Source: Microgenomates group bacterium
Lineage (GTDB): Bacteria > Patescibacteriota > Microgenomatia > UBA12405
DNA: 64,000 nt
Direction of reading: 5' to 3'
NCBI GenBank assembly: GCA_049303675.1
Contig: JBAQNJ010000001.1
Span: 472,711 to 536,710 of the forward strand
In this document: positions 1 through 8,789 of the stretch, one piece after another
How positions within the stretch are numbered: the stretch's first letter is position 1
How the letters are laid out: every line of letters begins with the position of its first letter
Program-made: the position numbers and the translations under genes
Notes under the pieces: generated by a model
Told to the model about the DNA's origin: nothing
What the model saw: only the letters and a program-made list of their open reading frames with translations
Database searches by the model: none

Positions 1-162
1 CTTGCCCAGAAAGTAATTGCTGACAATCCCAAGGCTATCACCGATTATCAAAAAAACCCTCAGAGTATTGGTTTTCTAGTCGGTTGTCTCATGCGCGAGT
101 CCAAAGGCAGTGCCAACCCTCAAGTCGCCAAAGAAATTTTGGAAAAGTTATTGACCCAATAA
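1..162 (+). CDS. gatB: Asp/Glu-tRNA amidotransferase subunit B, C-terminal end (5'-truncated by the window edge)
   Basis: Frame-1 translation ...FLVGCLMRESKGSANPQVAKEILEKLLTQ* matches the GatB/YqeY C-terminal domain (FLVGQVMK..KGKANP pattern). Open at the window start; stop TAA at 160-162. Confidence 0.7.
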   Translation, partial: LAQKVIADNPKAITDYQKNPQSIGFLVGCLMRESKGSANPQVAKEILEKLLTQ

Positions 163-360
163 GTTTTTTGGATCTATCGGCAGTTTTCTCACGGACAGCA
201 CTGCCGCAGTTGGTAGCTTCATTGTCACCCTCCATTTCTCCGACTGACTGTTGATATTATTTCTTCGATAAATCTCGTCTAATCCATCGTTTAAACCCAA
301 CTCAATTACTTCTCGTGCTGCTTTCAAATATTTATCTGGCTGAATATTAGCTCCAAGCAT
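148..360 (-). CDS. hypothetical small protein (70 aa)
   Basis: ORF only; no recognisable motif. Overlaps the gatB 3' end by 15 nt. Confidence 0.25.
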   Translation of the reverse strand: MLGANIQPDKYLKAAREVIELGLNDGLDEIYRRNNINSQSEKWRVTMKLPTAAVLSVRKLPIDPKNLLGQ

Positions 361-382
361 AACAATTACATATTATATCAAT

Positions 383-412
383 AAAATACCGAGTGTCGCC
401 ACTCGGTATTTT
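383..412. terminator. bidirectional intrinsic terminator hairpin
   Basis: Perfect 13-bp inverted repeat aaaataccgagtg-tcgc-cactcggtatttt, with an A-run on the 5' side and a T-run on the 3' side. It sits between the convergent gatB (+) and the 431..751 (-) genes. Confidence 0.6.
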
Positions 413-430
413 ATTATCTTTAAAAACAAT

Positions 431-751
431 CTATAATTTACCCTTTATAGTAGGTTCTCTTTTCGCTGGTGTAGAGGTGGCAGCACTCTTTTTTGGTCCT
501 GCTGTTCCTCCCTGTCTTAGTCTAGTGTCACTCTCTTTGCTTCCGCCTATTTTTATCGCTGGCACTGTCGGATAACCGTTCTTCCTTCCAGTTGCCCCGC
601 TTTGAGTATCCAAAGACCTATTCATATTCATTAACACCGCAATCAAAATTACCAGGCTGATTACCAACAGTCCTAGCAACATTGTCAAGTTGTTTTTTGG
701 TGCCACACTACTAACTTTGTGGACTACTTTCTTCGATTTTGTTTTTTTCAT
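431..751 (-). CDS. hypothetical membrane protein (one TM helix, basic N-terminus, Ser/Thr/Pro-rich tail)
   Basis: ORF with hydrophobic stretch LTMLLGLLVISLVILIAVLM; no family recognised. Confidence 0.5.
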   Translation of the reverse strand: MKKTKSKKVVHKVSSVAPKNNLTMLLGLLVISLVILIAVLMNMNRSLDTQSGATGRKNGYPTVPAIKIGGSKESDTRLRQGGTAGPKKSAATSTPAKREPTIKGKL

Positions 752-825
752 TTTATTGAATAATTAATATTTCTAATTTAAATTTAGGCCTTTTTATCCA
801 AAAATCAAGAGTATAATAGCCTTCT

Positions 826-1125
826 ATGGCCAAAGCCTATGATGTAGAAATTAAAACAAGGCGTCAGCGGGAGACCGGTGGGGTCATCGCTCTTCGTGAT
901 CTTCATGATATTCGTGCTGCCCTCGATATTGGTCTACCTATTTTTGCAGGGCTCGAAGTGACTATCACCGGTCAAAATAGACAGAGACAAATATTGGCTG
1001 TAGTTGATGCCCGAAAAGACAATCTTCTAATCCCGTTTGTCGACAAATCTGCCGCTCGCGTTATCGCCGATAAAATAAATTTCCAAGCCAATCTTCAGAG
1101 ACGTCCTGCCCAGCCACTCAAATAA
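826..1125 (+). CDS. hypothetical protein (99 aa)
   Basis: ORF with coding-like composition; no motif recognised. Confidence 0.45.
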   Translation: MAKAYDVEIKTRRQRETGGVIALRDLHDIRAALDIGLPIFAGLEVTITGQNRQRQILAVVDARKDNLLIPFVDKSAARVIADKINFQANLQRRPAQPLK

Positions 1126-1140
1126 CTGATATTATTAACT

Positions 1141-1716
1141 ATGTGGTGGAAAGTATTGTTATCGATAATTATTGTTGACCTAGTTTATTTAAACTATCAT
1201 TCATTTCAAATCAACCAACCAGTTGACAACACCCCAGTTTCTGAGGACAGTTGCGGTCCCGCCTGTCAGAAATATATTGACTCCAAAATTGTAGTTCCAA
1301 CTCTCATCCCCACCCCAAAACCAATTTATGCACCCAGAACTAGGGTTCGCGCTGTTTCTTATGTACCTATCCCAGGTGCTGGTATCACTACCTCCAATAC
1401 TTGGGCGAATCTATCTGGCACCGATTTTTATTTTGACACTGCCGATTATCTGGGGTTAAAAGAAATTTATTTTGAAGTCAACGCCCATCTTTTCAATGGT
1501 AACGGTACAGCCTTCATCCGACTTTACGATGTGACTCATAGTGTTTGGATTACCGGCTCAGAAATCACTACCAACAATCAGTCAGATACTGCCCTAGTAT
1601 CCAGCAAAGTTCTGTTTGCCTCCGGTCGCAATCTTATCCGTGTCCAAGCCAAGAGCTTGACCGCCGATACTACTGTCTTTACTTCGGGCCGACTCAAAAT
1701 CATTGTCGAAAATTAA
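1141..1716 (+). CDS. hypothetical membrane-anchored or secreted protein (N-terminal TM, beta-rich C-terminal domain)
   Basis: N-terminal hydrophobic helix WWKVLLSIIIVDLVYL followed by a Thr/Ser/Gly-rich domain. Confidence 0.5.
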   Translation: MWWKVLLSIIIVDLVYLNYHSFQINQPVDNTPVSEDSCGPACQKYIDSKIVVPTLIPTPKPIYAPRTRVRAVSYVPIPGAGITTSNTWANLSGTDFYFDTADYLGLKEIYFEVNAHLFNGNGTAFIRLYDVTHSVWITGSEITTNNQSDTALVSSKVLFASGRNLIRVQAKSLTADTTVFTSGRLKIIVEN

Positions 1717-1983
1717 CTATTGCCTGTTTTGGTATCTCCCCATCCTACCTTTTATACCCACCGCCCATGATCGTATTTTACTCATTGTATTGTGTGTCTC
1801 TCTGCTTAATTTAGCCATTTTGTCGATGGCCACAGTATAAGTTATTTCTTTTATCTCCTTATCATTTAAATTAAATCTTCTCATTGATGCCATCAAATCA
1901 TCTCTCGTCAAAGTGGCTACTTTTTCACTAGACATTTCATTTAAAAAATTATACGCTTGCTCTTTTTCCTCAACTGTCGACAT
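1717..1983 (-). CDS. hypothetical small protein (88 aa)
   Basis: ORF only. Confidence 0.35.
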   Translation of the reverse strand: MSTVEEKEQAYNFLNEMSSEKVATLTRDDLMASMRRFNLNDKEIKEITYTVAIDKMAKLSRETHNTMSKIRSWAVGIKGRMGRYQNRQ

Positions 1984-2044
1984 GTCATATTATATCAATT
2001 AACATCATATCCTTATTAGGATATTTTTTAAGTTAAAATAGGTA

Positions 2045-5000
2045 GTGGAACTAAACCAGCAGCAACAGCAAGCAGTCGATACTATCGAGGGACCAGTGAT
2101 GGTCATTGCCGGCGCTGGTACCGGTAAAACCCAAGTCATTGCCCACCGTATCGCCAATATTTTACAAAAAACCCAAACATCACCTTCATCAATTTTATGT
2201 CTGACATTTACCGACAATGCTGCGACCAACATGCGCACCCGCCTTATCAGTCTGATTGGCCCTACTGCCTATTCAGTTCGTATTCATACCTTCCATTCAT
2301 TTTGCCAAGAAATCATCCAATCACATCCGGATTATTTTATTTTTGCCCCCAAACTAATCGCTATCGAAGAACTCGACAAAATCCAAATTATTCGTGGTTT
2401 ATTGGACAAGTTGCCGGACAACTCAACTATTAGGCCATGGGGAGATCATTATTTTTATCAGCGTGATATTATTTCTGCCATTCAGACTCTTAAGCGCGAA
2501 AACATTTCTGTTGATAAATTATCAACCCTAATTTCCGATCAAGAAAAATTTATCTCACTAATCACTGATCACTATTCACTGCTCAAATCACTCCGTGTCA
2601 ACGTCGACCTCGACAATCAAATTACCAGCATTTCTCAAAAATTACTTAATTTACCAAATATATCATCATCAATCTTGTCACTAATCACTTATCACTCTTC
2701 ACTATATAAAAATGGTGGCTACAATTTAGGAGCAGCTAAAAATCCAGCTATCAACTATAAAAATGCTCTCCTTAAATTTATTGATAATTTAATTCGCGAT
2801 ATCCCCAAACAAAAAGATTTACAAACCATCTATCTAGGCTACCAATCTGCTTTGCAGACAAATGGTTATTACGATTTTGACGATATGATTTTGTTTGTTA
2901 TCCGTGCCTTTGAGGCACACCCTGATCTACTGTTAGAACATCAAGAACAATCCCAATATTTTCTAGTTGATGAATATCAGGACACCAACTCCGCCCAGAA
3001 CAAAATCATCAATCAATTAGCCTCCTATTATGATCAGCCCAATTTATTTGTAGTTGGAGACGACGATCAGTCTATTTTCAGATTCCAAGGAGCCAGTACC
3101 GCCAATATCCTCGATTTTTATAATCAATATCATCCGACAGTTATTGTTCTTCAAAATAATTATCGTAGCCATCAGCTAATTCTCGACTCTGCCTCCTCAG
3201 TTATCCGCCGTAACCAAAATCAATTGGTAAATTACATCAAAAATATTGACAAGTCTTTGGTGTCTGCGCTCACTCTGGACACCGATCCTATAAATATAAT
3301 CACCCCCCAAACCACGATTGAAGAAAATTATTTTATCAGTATCAAAATCCGCCAATTATTAGATCAGGGGACACCGCCTAGCGAAATTGCCATTTTATTT
3401 CGTAATAATTCCGATATCGCCGATCTAGTGGAGCATTTATCAGTTGCCAAAATAAAATATTTTCTCTCCTCTGATCAAAATATTTTAGATCTACCTCTAA
3501 TCCGTCAGATGATCTATTTGCTTACTCTAATTGACGACCAGTCCAGAAAGGATCTCGTTTACCATCTGCTTTGTGCCCCCTTTATCAATCTAAATTCCAA
3601 TGATATCAATACTCTCTTACTTGGCCGTGATTTACTGAATTACAAGGCAAAGGGTATTTCCCAAACATCAAAAATAAAAATCAAAAATTTGATTCTCCGA
3701 CTCAATCTAGCCCGCAAATGGGTAGTAAATTTACCACTAGATAGATTTTTCGACAAGATTATCCGTAAATTCAAAATACTTAAATCTGTGCTGGCTACCC
3801 ACGACCCCCACTTATTAAACGCCCTCAATACTTTTTATCAGCATCTGCGCCACCAATTCGACCTTTCAGATTTGACTCTCCACCAATTTGTCTTGTATCT
3901 TCAGTCACTCTCAGACAACAATTTACCACTAGTCGCTCCCCAACTACCCGAAGATTCGGCAAATTCTATTCAGCTCCTCACCGTTCATCGAGCCAAAGGA
4001 CTCGAATTTTCCCATGTTTTTTTGTACAAAGTTGTCGACAAAAAATGGGGTAATAGTGTTGACAGGAATCACTTGCACTTGCCTCTGGGTATTATTAACA
4101 CCTCAGTTTCCTCAGAACTGGATGACCAGAACGAAGAGGAACGTCGTTTATTCTATGTCGCTCTGACCCGAGCCAAATCACAAATCTATATTTCCTATAG
4201 TCAACAAAACCAAAATGGTCGGCCACAATTGCCTTCCCAATTTATCAGTGAAATAGATCCGCAGTTAATTCAACCGGTCCTCCTGCCGGATAATTTATAC
4301 CAAAATTCGTTGTCGAGTCTTTTTTCCGACAAAAATATTTTTCATCGTCAGGATCACGCTTTCACCAATTATCTAAAAACTTTTTTGACTACTGATTATA
4401 TTTTCAATGTCACCCACCTCAATTCTTATCTACGCTGTCCACTTTGTTTTTATTATCAAACTATTTTACGTCTACCCGCTGTTCGTGACAAATTCAGTAG
4501 TTTCGGTACCGCCATTCACGAAGCCTTGTCTTTTGCCTACACCATTTCTTCTTCACAACCAGACATTAAAAACATTTTTGAGAAGTCATTAAAACACCAA
4601 CATTTATCCCAAAATGATTTTAATGAAAGTCTCGCTAGGGGATTTCAAACTTTAGTTGAGTATGTTGATTTTTATCGTGTTAAGCCCAGCAAAAATTATC
4701 AAGTCGACTATGACTTCAAAAAAGAGCATCAGTATTTGGACAATATTCCACTAACCGGCAAAATAGATTTGATCGAGAAAATAGGGGATAAGCTGAATCT
4801 ATATGATTTCAAGACAGGAAACCCCGATTCCAAAAGTACGGAGTTGGGTCCGGACGGGGAGTATTTTCGTCAAATCGCTTTTTACCATTTACTAATTTCC
4901 AGTAGCAGTCGTCTACCTCACCAGATCATTAGTTCATATATTGATTTTGTCCAAAAAAGCAAAACCAAAGATACCTTTATTCGCAAAGAAATAACCATTA

Positions 5001-5149
5001 CACCCGAAGATATCCAGAAATTAGAAGTCCAAATAAGAGAGGTCTATCAGAAAATTCTCGCTCTGGAATTTAATAATATCGGCTCTGGGTGTCAGGACAA
5101 ACATCATTTACATTATTTATTTGGCAATTCCGTTTCTGAAAAATATTAA
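2045..5149 (+). CDS. UvrD/PcrA-family superfamily-1 DNA helicase fused to a C-terminal PD-(D/E)XK (Cas4/AddB-like) nuclease domain
   Basis: Helicase motifs: Walker A GAGTGKT, motif II DEYQDTN, motif III VGDDDQSIFRFQGA, and C-terminal helicase motifs VHRAKGLEF and LFYVALTRAK. The C-terminus carries GKIDLIEK...LYDFKTG, a RecB-type nuclease signature. GTG start. Confidence 0.85.
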   Translation: MELNQQQQQAVDTIEGPVMVIAGAGTGKTQVIAHRIANILQKTQTSPSSILCLTFTDNAATNMRTRLISLIGPTAYSVRIHTFHSFCQEIIQSHPDYFIFAPKLIAIEELDKIQIIRGLLDKLPDNSTIRPWGDHYFYQRDIISAIQTLKRENISVDKLSTLISDQEKFISLITDHYSLLKSLRVNVDLDNQITSISQKLLNLPNISSSILSLITYHSSLYKNGGYNLGAAKNPAINYKNALLKFIDNLIRDIPKQKDLQTIYLGYQSALQTNGYYDFDDMILFVIRAFEAHPDLLLEHQEQSQYFLVDEYQDTNSAQNKIINQLASYYDQPNLFVVGDDDQSIFRFQGASTANILDFYNQYHPTVIVLQNNYRSHQLILDSASSVIRRNQNQLVNYIKNIDKSLVSALTLDTDPINIITPQTTIEENYFISIKIRQLLDQGTPPSEIAILFRNNSDIADLVEHLSVAKIKYFLSSDQNILDLPLIRQMIYLLTLIDDQSRKDLVYHLLCAPFINLNSNDINTLLLGRDLLNYKAKGISQTSKIKIKNLILRLNLARKWVVNLPLDRFFDKIIRKFKILKSVLATHDPHLLNALNTFYQHLRHQFDLSDLTLHQFVLYLQSLSDNNLPLVAPQLPEDSANSIQLLTVHRAKGLEFSHVFLYKVVDKKWGNSVDRNHLHLPLGIINTSVSSELDDQNEEERRLFYVALTRAKSQIYISYSQQNQNGRPQLPSQFISEIDPQLIQPVLLPDNLYQNSLSSLFSDKNIFHRQDHAFTNYLKTFLTTDYIFNVTHLNSYLRCPLCFYYQTILRLPAVRDKFSSFGTAIHEALSFAYTISSSQPDIKNIFEKSLKHQHLSQNDFNESLARGFQTLVEYVDFYRVKPSKNYQVDYDFKKEHQYLDNIPLTGKIDLIEKIGDKLNLYDFKTGNPDSKSTELGPDGEYFRQIAFYHLLISSSSRLPHQIISSYIDFVQKSKTKDTFIRKEITITPEDIQKLEVQIREVYQKILALEFNNIGSGCQDKHHLHYLFGNSVSEKY

Positions 5150-5156
5150 TTGAGGC

Positions 5157-5516
5157 GTGTTTTGTCCAACTGGGGTAAAATACGTAATGGCCGAAAAATA
5201 CTCTCACTGTTTTGACTATGTATGTCGAGAATTTGGTATAAAAGAGGAAGACAGTCTTGATATACCTACTCTCGAAGAATTGACAAGAGTTTTTGATATC
5301 TTACCCGATGCTAATGGAGCTGATGCCTTAGCTGTATATAATCCATTTATAAACGCAGCCGTTCACATGTCAAAAATAGACAAACAGCATTCTAGGATGG
5401 TCTGGGAGCTGGAGGGAATAGGTAAAAAACCAAGGAATGTTTCCATTGACAAAGCGACGGAGTTTTATCTTTCTTTATCTCCAGAAATCACCGTCAAGTA
5501 TTTAAAAAAGAAATAA
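5157..5516 (+). CDS. hypothetical protein (true start may be the ATG at 5187)
   Basis: ORF only. Confidence 0.4.
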   Translation: MFCPTGVKYVMAEKYSHCFDYVCREFGIKEEDSLDIPTLEELTRVFDILPDANGADALAVYNPFINAAVHMSKIDKQHSRMVWELEGIGKKPRNVSIDKATEFYLSLSPEITVKYLKKK

Positions 5517-5519
5517 TCC

Positions 5520-6137
5520 ATGAAATATCTAATTTTCGATTTCAACGGGACCATTGTGGACGATTTACCTCTGGTGGTGGAAATTATGACCGAATCGCTA
5601 AAAACCAAAGAAATAGATTTATCGAAATATTCGATTGAATATCTCAGGCGAAAGGGAGTAAGGAAATTTATGGAAGAAATCAATATTTCTAAAATAGAGT
5701 TACTTTGGATATACAAAGAAGTTAAACAAAAAATAAAAGCTAGACAATCAAGTTGTCCAATTGTCAAAGACTTGAAAAAATATTTATCAGAATTATCAAG
5801 CAAGTATAAATTATTAATATTTAGTAATAATTCACCCGAAGTCATTAAAGATTATTTAGTAAAAAATAGTATTGATAAATATTTTAGTGGTGTTTATGAA
5901 GATAATTCATATTTTGGCAAGGATGTTGGTCTAACGAAAATACTAAAAGAATTAAAAATCGATAAAAACGATGTCACCTATTTTGGTGACGAATCACGCG
6001 ACATTGTTGCTGCCAAAAAAGCTGGCATAAAATCTGTTGCCGTCACTTGGGGTTTTGAAGGTGAAATTCCACTCTCTACAGCCAATCCCGATTTTTTAAT
6101 TAATAAGCCTGAAGAGTTATTAAATATAGATTATTGA
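5520..6137 (+). CDS. HAD-superfamily hydrolase (phosphoglycolate-phosphatase-like)
   Basis: N-terminal IFDFNGTIVDD (HAD motif I variant, DxN instead of DxD) and C-terminal YFGDESRDIVAAKKAGIKSVAVTWGF (HAD motifs III/IV). Confidence 0.6.
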   Translation: MKYLIFDFNGTIVDDLPLVVEIMTESLKTKEIDLSKYSIEYLRRKGVRKFMEEINISKIELLWIYKEVKQKIKARQSSCPIVKDLKKYLSELSSKYKLLIFSNNSPEVIKDYLVKNSIDKYFSGVYEDNSYFGKDVGLTKILKELKIDKNDVTYFGDESRDIVAAKKAGIKSVAVTWGFEGEIPLSTANPDFLINKPEELLNIDY

Positions 6138-6146
6138 TTTTTTTTA

Positions 6147-6213
6147 CCTCGCCCTGCCTGTGCCCATATGGGTATCAAGGGGAGGTGGTCGGCCACGGCC
6201 GACCGGAGGGGTT
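6147..6213. repeat. GC-rich structured intergenic element (nested hairpins)
   Basis: cctcgccctgcctgtgcccatatgggtatcaaggggaggtggtcggccacggccgaccggagggg contains a perfect hairpin ggtcggcc-ac-ggccgacc and the palindrome cccatatggg. GC content stands out against an ~38% GC background. Confidence 0.4.
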
Positions 6214-6235
6214 AAAAATAAGATAGAATACTGAT

Positions 6236-7276
6236 ATGACTCTCATCTACATCTTGCTATTAATCATCCTCGCCACCCTTGGCTACTTTATATATCGTCA
6301 AAGTCAGATCAAAGCTATCGAGCCAGATTTATCCAAAGCCATTGATACTCTGGTCAAATTGAGTAATGAAAAATTAGATGATAAAACCAAACAGATTTCA
6401 GTCGATCTAGCAGGCAAAAAAGACGCCATCGAAAAAATGGTCCGCGACATCAGTGAAAATTTAACCAAGGTTGAGAAAGAACGAGTTGGCAGTTTTACCA
6501 ATTTACGTGATGCCATCGAAAACAATGTCAAATTAACCAAAGAATTGTCGGTTACTACCGAAGGTCTAAAACGTGTTTTAAGTAACAACCAACAGCGTGG
6601 TGCTTTTGGCGAAAAAGTCGCCGAGGATTTGTTAAAAATGTCGGGTTTCGTCATCGGCACTGACTACACCCGTCAAGAAACAACCGGGGACGCCCGACCC
6701 GATTTTACCCTATATTTACCCGATAAAACAAAGATTAATATTGATTCTAAATTTCCTTATTCCAACATTGTCAATATGAGTGAGGCTCCTGAAACAGATC
6801 AAAAAAATCATTTTAAAAAGTTATTTGAACAAGATATCAAAAAGAAAATTAATGATGTCACCTCCAGAAATTATATTAATCCCGAGGACAATACTGTTGA
6901 TTTTGTGATTTTGTTTATCCCTAACGAAATGATTTTTAGTTTTATTTACGAAAGTTTCCCCAATGTCTGGCAAGACGCCCTCAACCGAAAAGTCGTCATG
7001 ACCGGTCCATTTTCTTTTACCGCTATTTTGCGCATGGTCAAGCAAGCCTATGAAAATTTTAGATTTCAAAAAAATGTTCAGGGAATTATTACTCAAATCA
7101 AAATTTTTGGTACCGAGTTTGAAAAGTACAATGAAGAGTTTGTCAAAATCGGGGATAGGATCGACAGTCTCCACAAGCAATACGATGAGGTAGGTGCCAC
7201 TCGTACCAAGAAGCTGCAAAAAGTTATTGACAAGATAAATCTTGAAGACAGCACCCATCATGCACTCCCTCTATAG
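6236..7276 (+). CDS. rmuC: DNA recombination protein RmuC
   Basis: N-terminal TM helix, a long coiled-coil, then the conserved RmuC block LSNNQQRGAFGEKVAEDLL and a C-terminal nuclease-like domain. Confidence 0.7.
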   Translation: MTLIYILLLIILATLGYFIYRQSQIKAIEPDLSKAIDTLVKLSNEKLDDKTKQISVDLAGKKDAIEKMVRDISENLTKVEKERVGSFTNLRDAIENNVKLTKELSVTTEGLKRVLSNNQQRGAFGEKVAEDLLKMSGFVIGTDYTRQETTGDARPDFTLYLPDKTKINIDSKFPYSNIVNMSEAPETDQKNHFKKLFEQDIKKKINDVTSRNYINPEDNTVDFVILFIPNEMIFSFIYESFPNVWQDALNRKVVMTGPFSFTAILRMVKQAYENFRFQKNVQGIITQIKIFGTEFEKYNEEFVKIGDRIDSLHKQYDEVGATRTKKLQKVIDKINLEDSTHHALPL

Positions 7277-7564
7277 TGTTTTTGTTTTTACTTTTTACTT
7301 TTTACTTTTAATTTTTATCAACGTCTTTGCCCCCACCTCACCTCTACTTATTGCCACATTTTTTCTCTTATTATTCTGCGCTATTTTTTGTACGCTAAAT
7401 ATATTTTTAAAAAACATTAAAAAAAGCCTACTAATAGGGCTATTTTTTATAGCCTTACTTCTACTCCATTTTTTTCAGCAGATTTCGATATTAAATATTG
7501 TCCTAGTGTTTTTACTTTTTATTTTTGGATTTTGGATTTAGGTTTTTGCCTCTCATTTCCCCTC

Positions 7565-7594
7565 TTGACACCTGTTAGCACTCTATGTAATATA
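7565..7594 (+). promoter_or_regulatory. sigma-70-type promoter of hrcA (TTGACA-N17-TAATAT)
   Basis: TTGACA at 7565-7570, a 17-nt spacer, TAATAT at 7588-7593. The predicted TSS is about 7600-7603, at or next to the hrcA ATG (7603), so the transcript is leaderless. Confidence 0.5.
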
Positions 7595-7601
7595 TTGCTA
7601 A
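7575..7601. promoter_or_regulatory. CIRCE-like HrcA operator (TTAGCACTC-N9-TATTGCTAA)
   Basis: The left arm matches the CIRCE consensus TTAGCACTC exactly, the spacer is 9 nt, and the right arm matches 6 of 9 positions of GAGTGCTAA. It overlaps the spacer and -10 of the hrcA promoter. Confidence 0.55.
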
Positions 7602-7602
7602 C

Positions 7603-8328
7603 ATGGCAGATTTAACTCAGAGACAAATCAAGATTCTCAAATGTATCACCGAAGAATTTATCGACAGTGCTGGTCCAGTTGGATCGGAAAACTTAGAGCG
7701 TAAATTCAATCTCGGTATTTCCTCGGCCACCATCCGCAACGAAATGTCCTCGCTCACTCAACTCGGTTATCTCAAAAAATCTCACCTCTCCGCTGGTCGC
7801 ATGCCCACCAGTATGGGTCTCAAATACTATGTCCGCAATCTGATGACTCCTAAAAACATGAGTACTACCGACGAAATTGGTGTCAAAGAAAAGGTTTGGG
7901 ACTATCGCAACGAGTTTGAGAGGTTACTCAAAGAAACCACCCGTGAACTCGCTATTCGTACTCGATCTATGGCTGTTTCGACCACCGATCATGGCACTAT
8001 CTATAGTTATGGCGCCAGCAATCTATTAGAAGAGCCAGAGTTTTACAACATCGATGTGACTAAAACAGTTTTATCGCTCATCGATAACACCAATTTCTGG
8101 TTTGACATCGTTTCTCGTGCTGGTACCACCGAAGAAATAATCCATCTTTTAATTGGCGAAGATTTAGGTATGGAGCACCTCGAACCCTGCGGATTCATTT
8201 ACCAAACTTACGAAGCCGGCCCTCATCGCGGTATTGTTGGCATTATTGGACCTGCACGCTGTCATTACCAAAGTGTCATCCCAGTAGTCGACTATTTTGC
8301 CGACCTCCTCTCCACTATTAGTCGTTAA
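7603..8328 (+). CDS. hrcA: heat-inducible transcription repressor HrcA (compact, 241 aa)
   Basis: N-terminal winged helix RQIKILKCITEEFIDSAGPVGSENL...SSATIRNEMSSLTQLGYLKKSHLSAGRMPTSMGLKYYV is the canonical HrcA signature. hrcA-grpE-dnaK synteny supports the call. Confidence 0.8.
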   Translation: MADLTQRQIKILKCITEEFIDSAGPVGSENLERKFNLGISSATIRNEMSSLTQLGYLKKSHLSAGRMPTSMGLKYYVRNLMTPKNMSTTDEIGVKEKVWDYRNEFERLLKETTRELAIRTRSMAVSTTDHGTIYSYGASNLLEEPEFYNIDVTKTVLSLIDNTNFWFDIVSRAGTTEEIIHLLIGEDLGMEHLEPCGFIYQTYEAGPHRGIVGIIGPARCHYQSVIPVVDYFADLLSTISR

Positions 8329-8334
8329 TTTTTT

Positions 8335-8772
8335 ATGAAAACCAAAAGTTCAAAAACTCCACTAGTCAACTCTGAGGTCAAAGATCTTAGAGATCAACTT
8401 GCCCGTTCTCTGGCTGACTACTCCAATCTGGAGAAACGCATCGAAGCCCAACGGCAAATGTTTGTCACCCTAGCCACTATGAGTATTATCAACAAAATGG
8501 TGGATGTTCTCGATGACCTTTATCTGACCAACTCCCATCTCAATGATGATGGTCTCCAAATGACTATCAACAAATTTATCAATGTATTATCGTCCGAAGG
8601 ATTAGCCGAAATTGCTACCAATGTCCCCTTCAACCCCGAGACCATGGAATGTGTTAGTACTGTTGATGGTGAAGATAATGTTATTATTTCAGTCCACAAA
8701 AAGGGATATACCCTCAATGGACAAGTTATTCGTCCCGCCCAAGTAATTGTCGGCAAAAAAATTACAAATTAA
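8335..8772 (+). CDS. grpE: nucleotide exchange factor GrpE
   Basis: Coiled-coil N-terminus ([16 protein letters not shown]) and C-terminal beta domain. Positioned between hrcA and dnaK. Confidence 0.8.
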   Translation: MKTKSSKTPLVNSEVKDLRDQLARSLADYSNLEKRIEAQRQMFVTLATMSIINKMVDVLDDLYLTNSHLNDDGLQMTINKFINVLSSEGLAEIATNVPFNPETMECVSTVDGEDNVIISVHKKGYTLNGQVIRPAQVIVGKKITN

Positions 8773-8789
8773 TATTTATTAAAAAAACT

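Noticed and set aside
6147-6213. GC-rich intergenic element considered as a tRNA or other known RNA gene
   Set aside because: No GTTCNANTC T-loop, no acceptor/anticodon architecture and no CCA context. Length and hairpin pattern fit a repeat or terminator-like element instead. No other intergenic region showed a tRNA-like signature either.
7242-7541. 99-aa extremely hydrophobic ORF overlapping the end of rmuC
   Set aside because: It lies in a T-rich intergenic stretch where poly-Phe/Leu ORFs arise by chance, starts inside rmuC, and has no homology. It could be a real small membrane protein, but I cannot support it.
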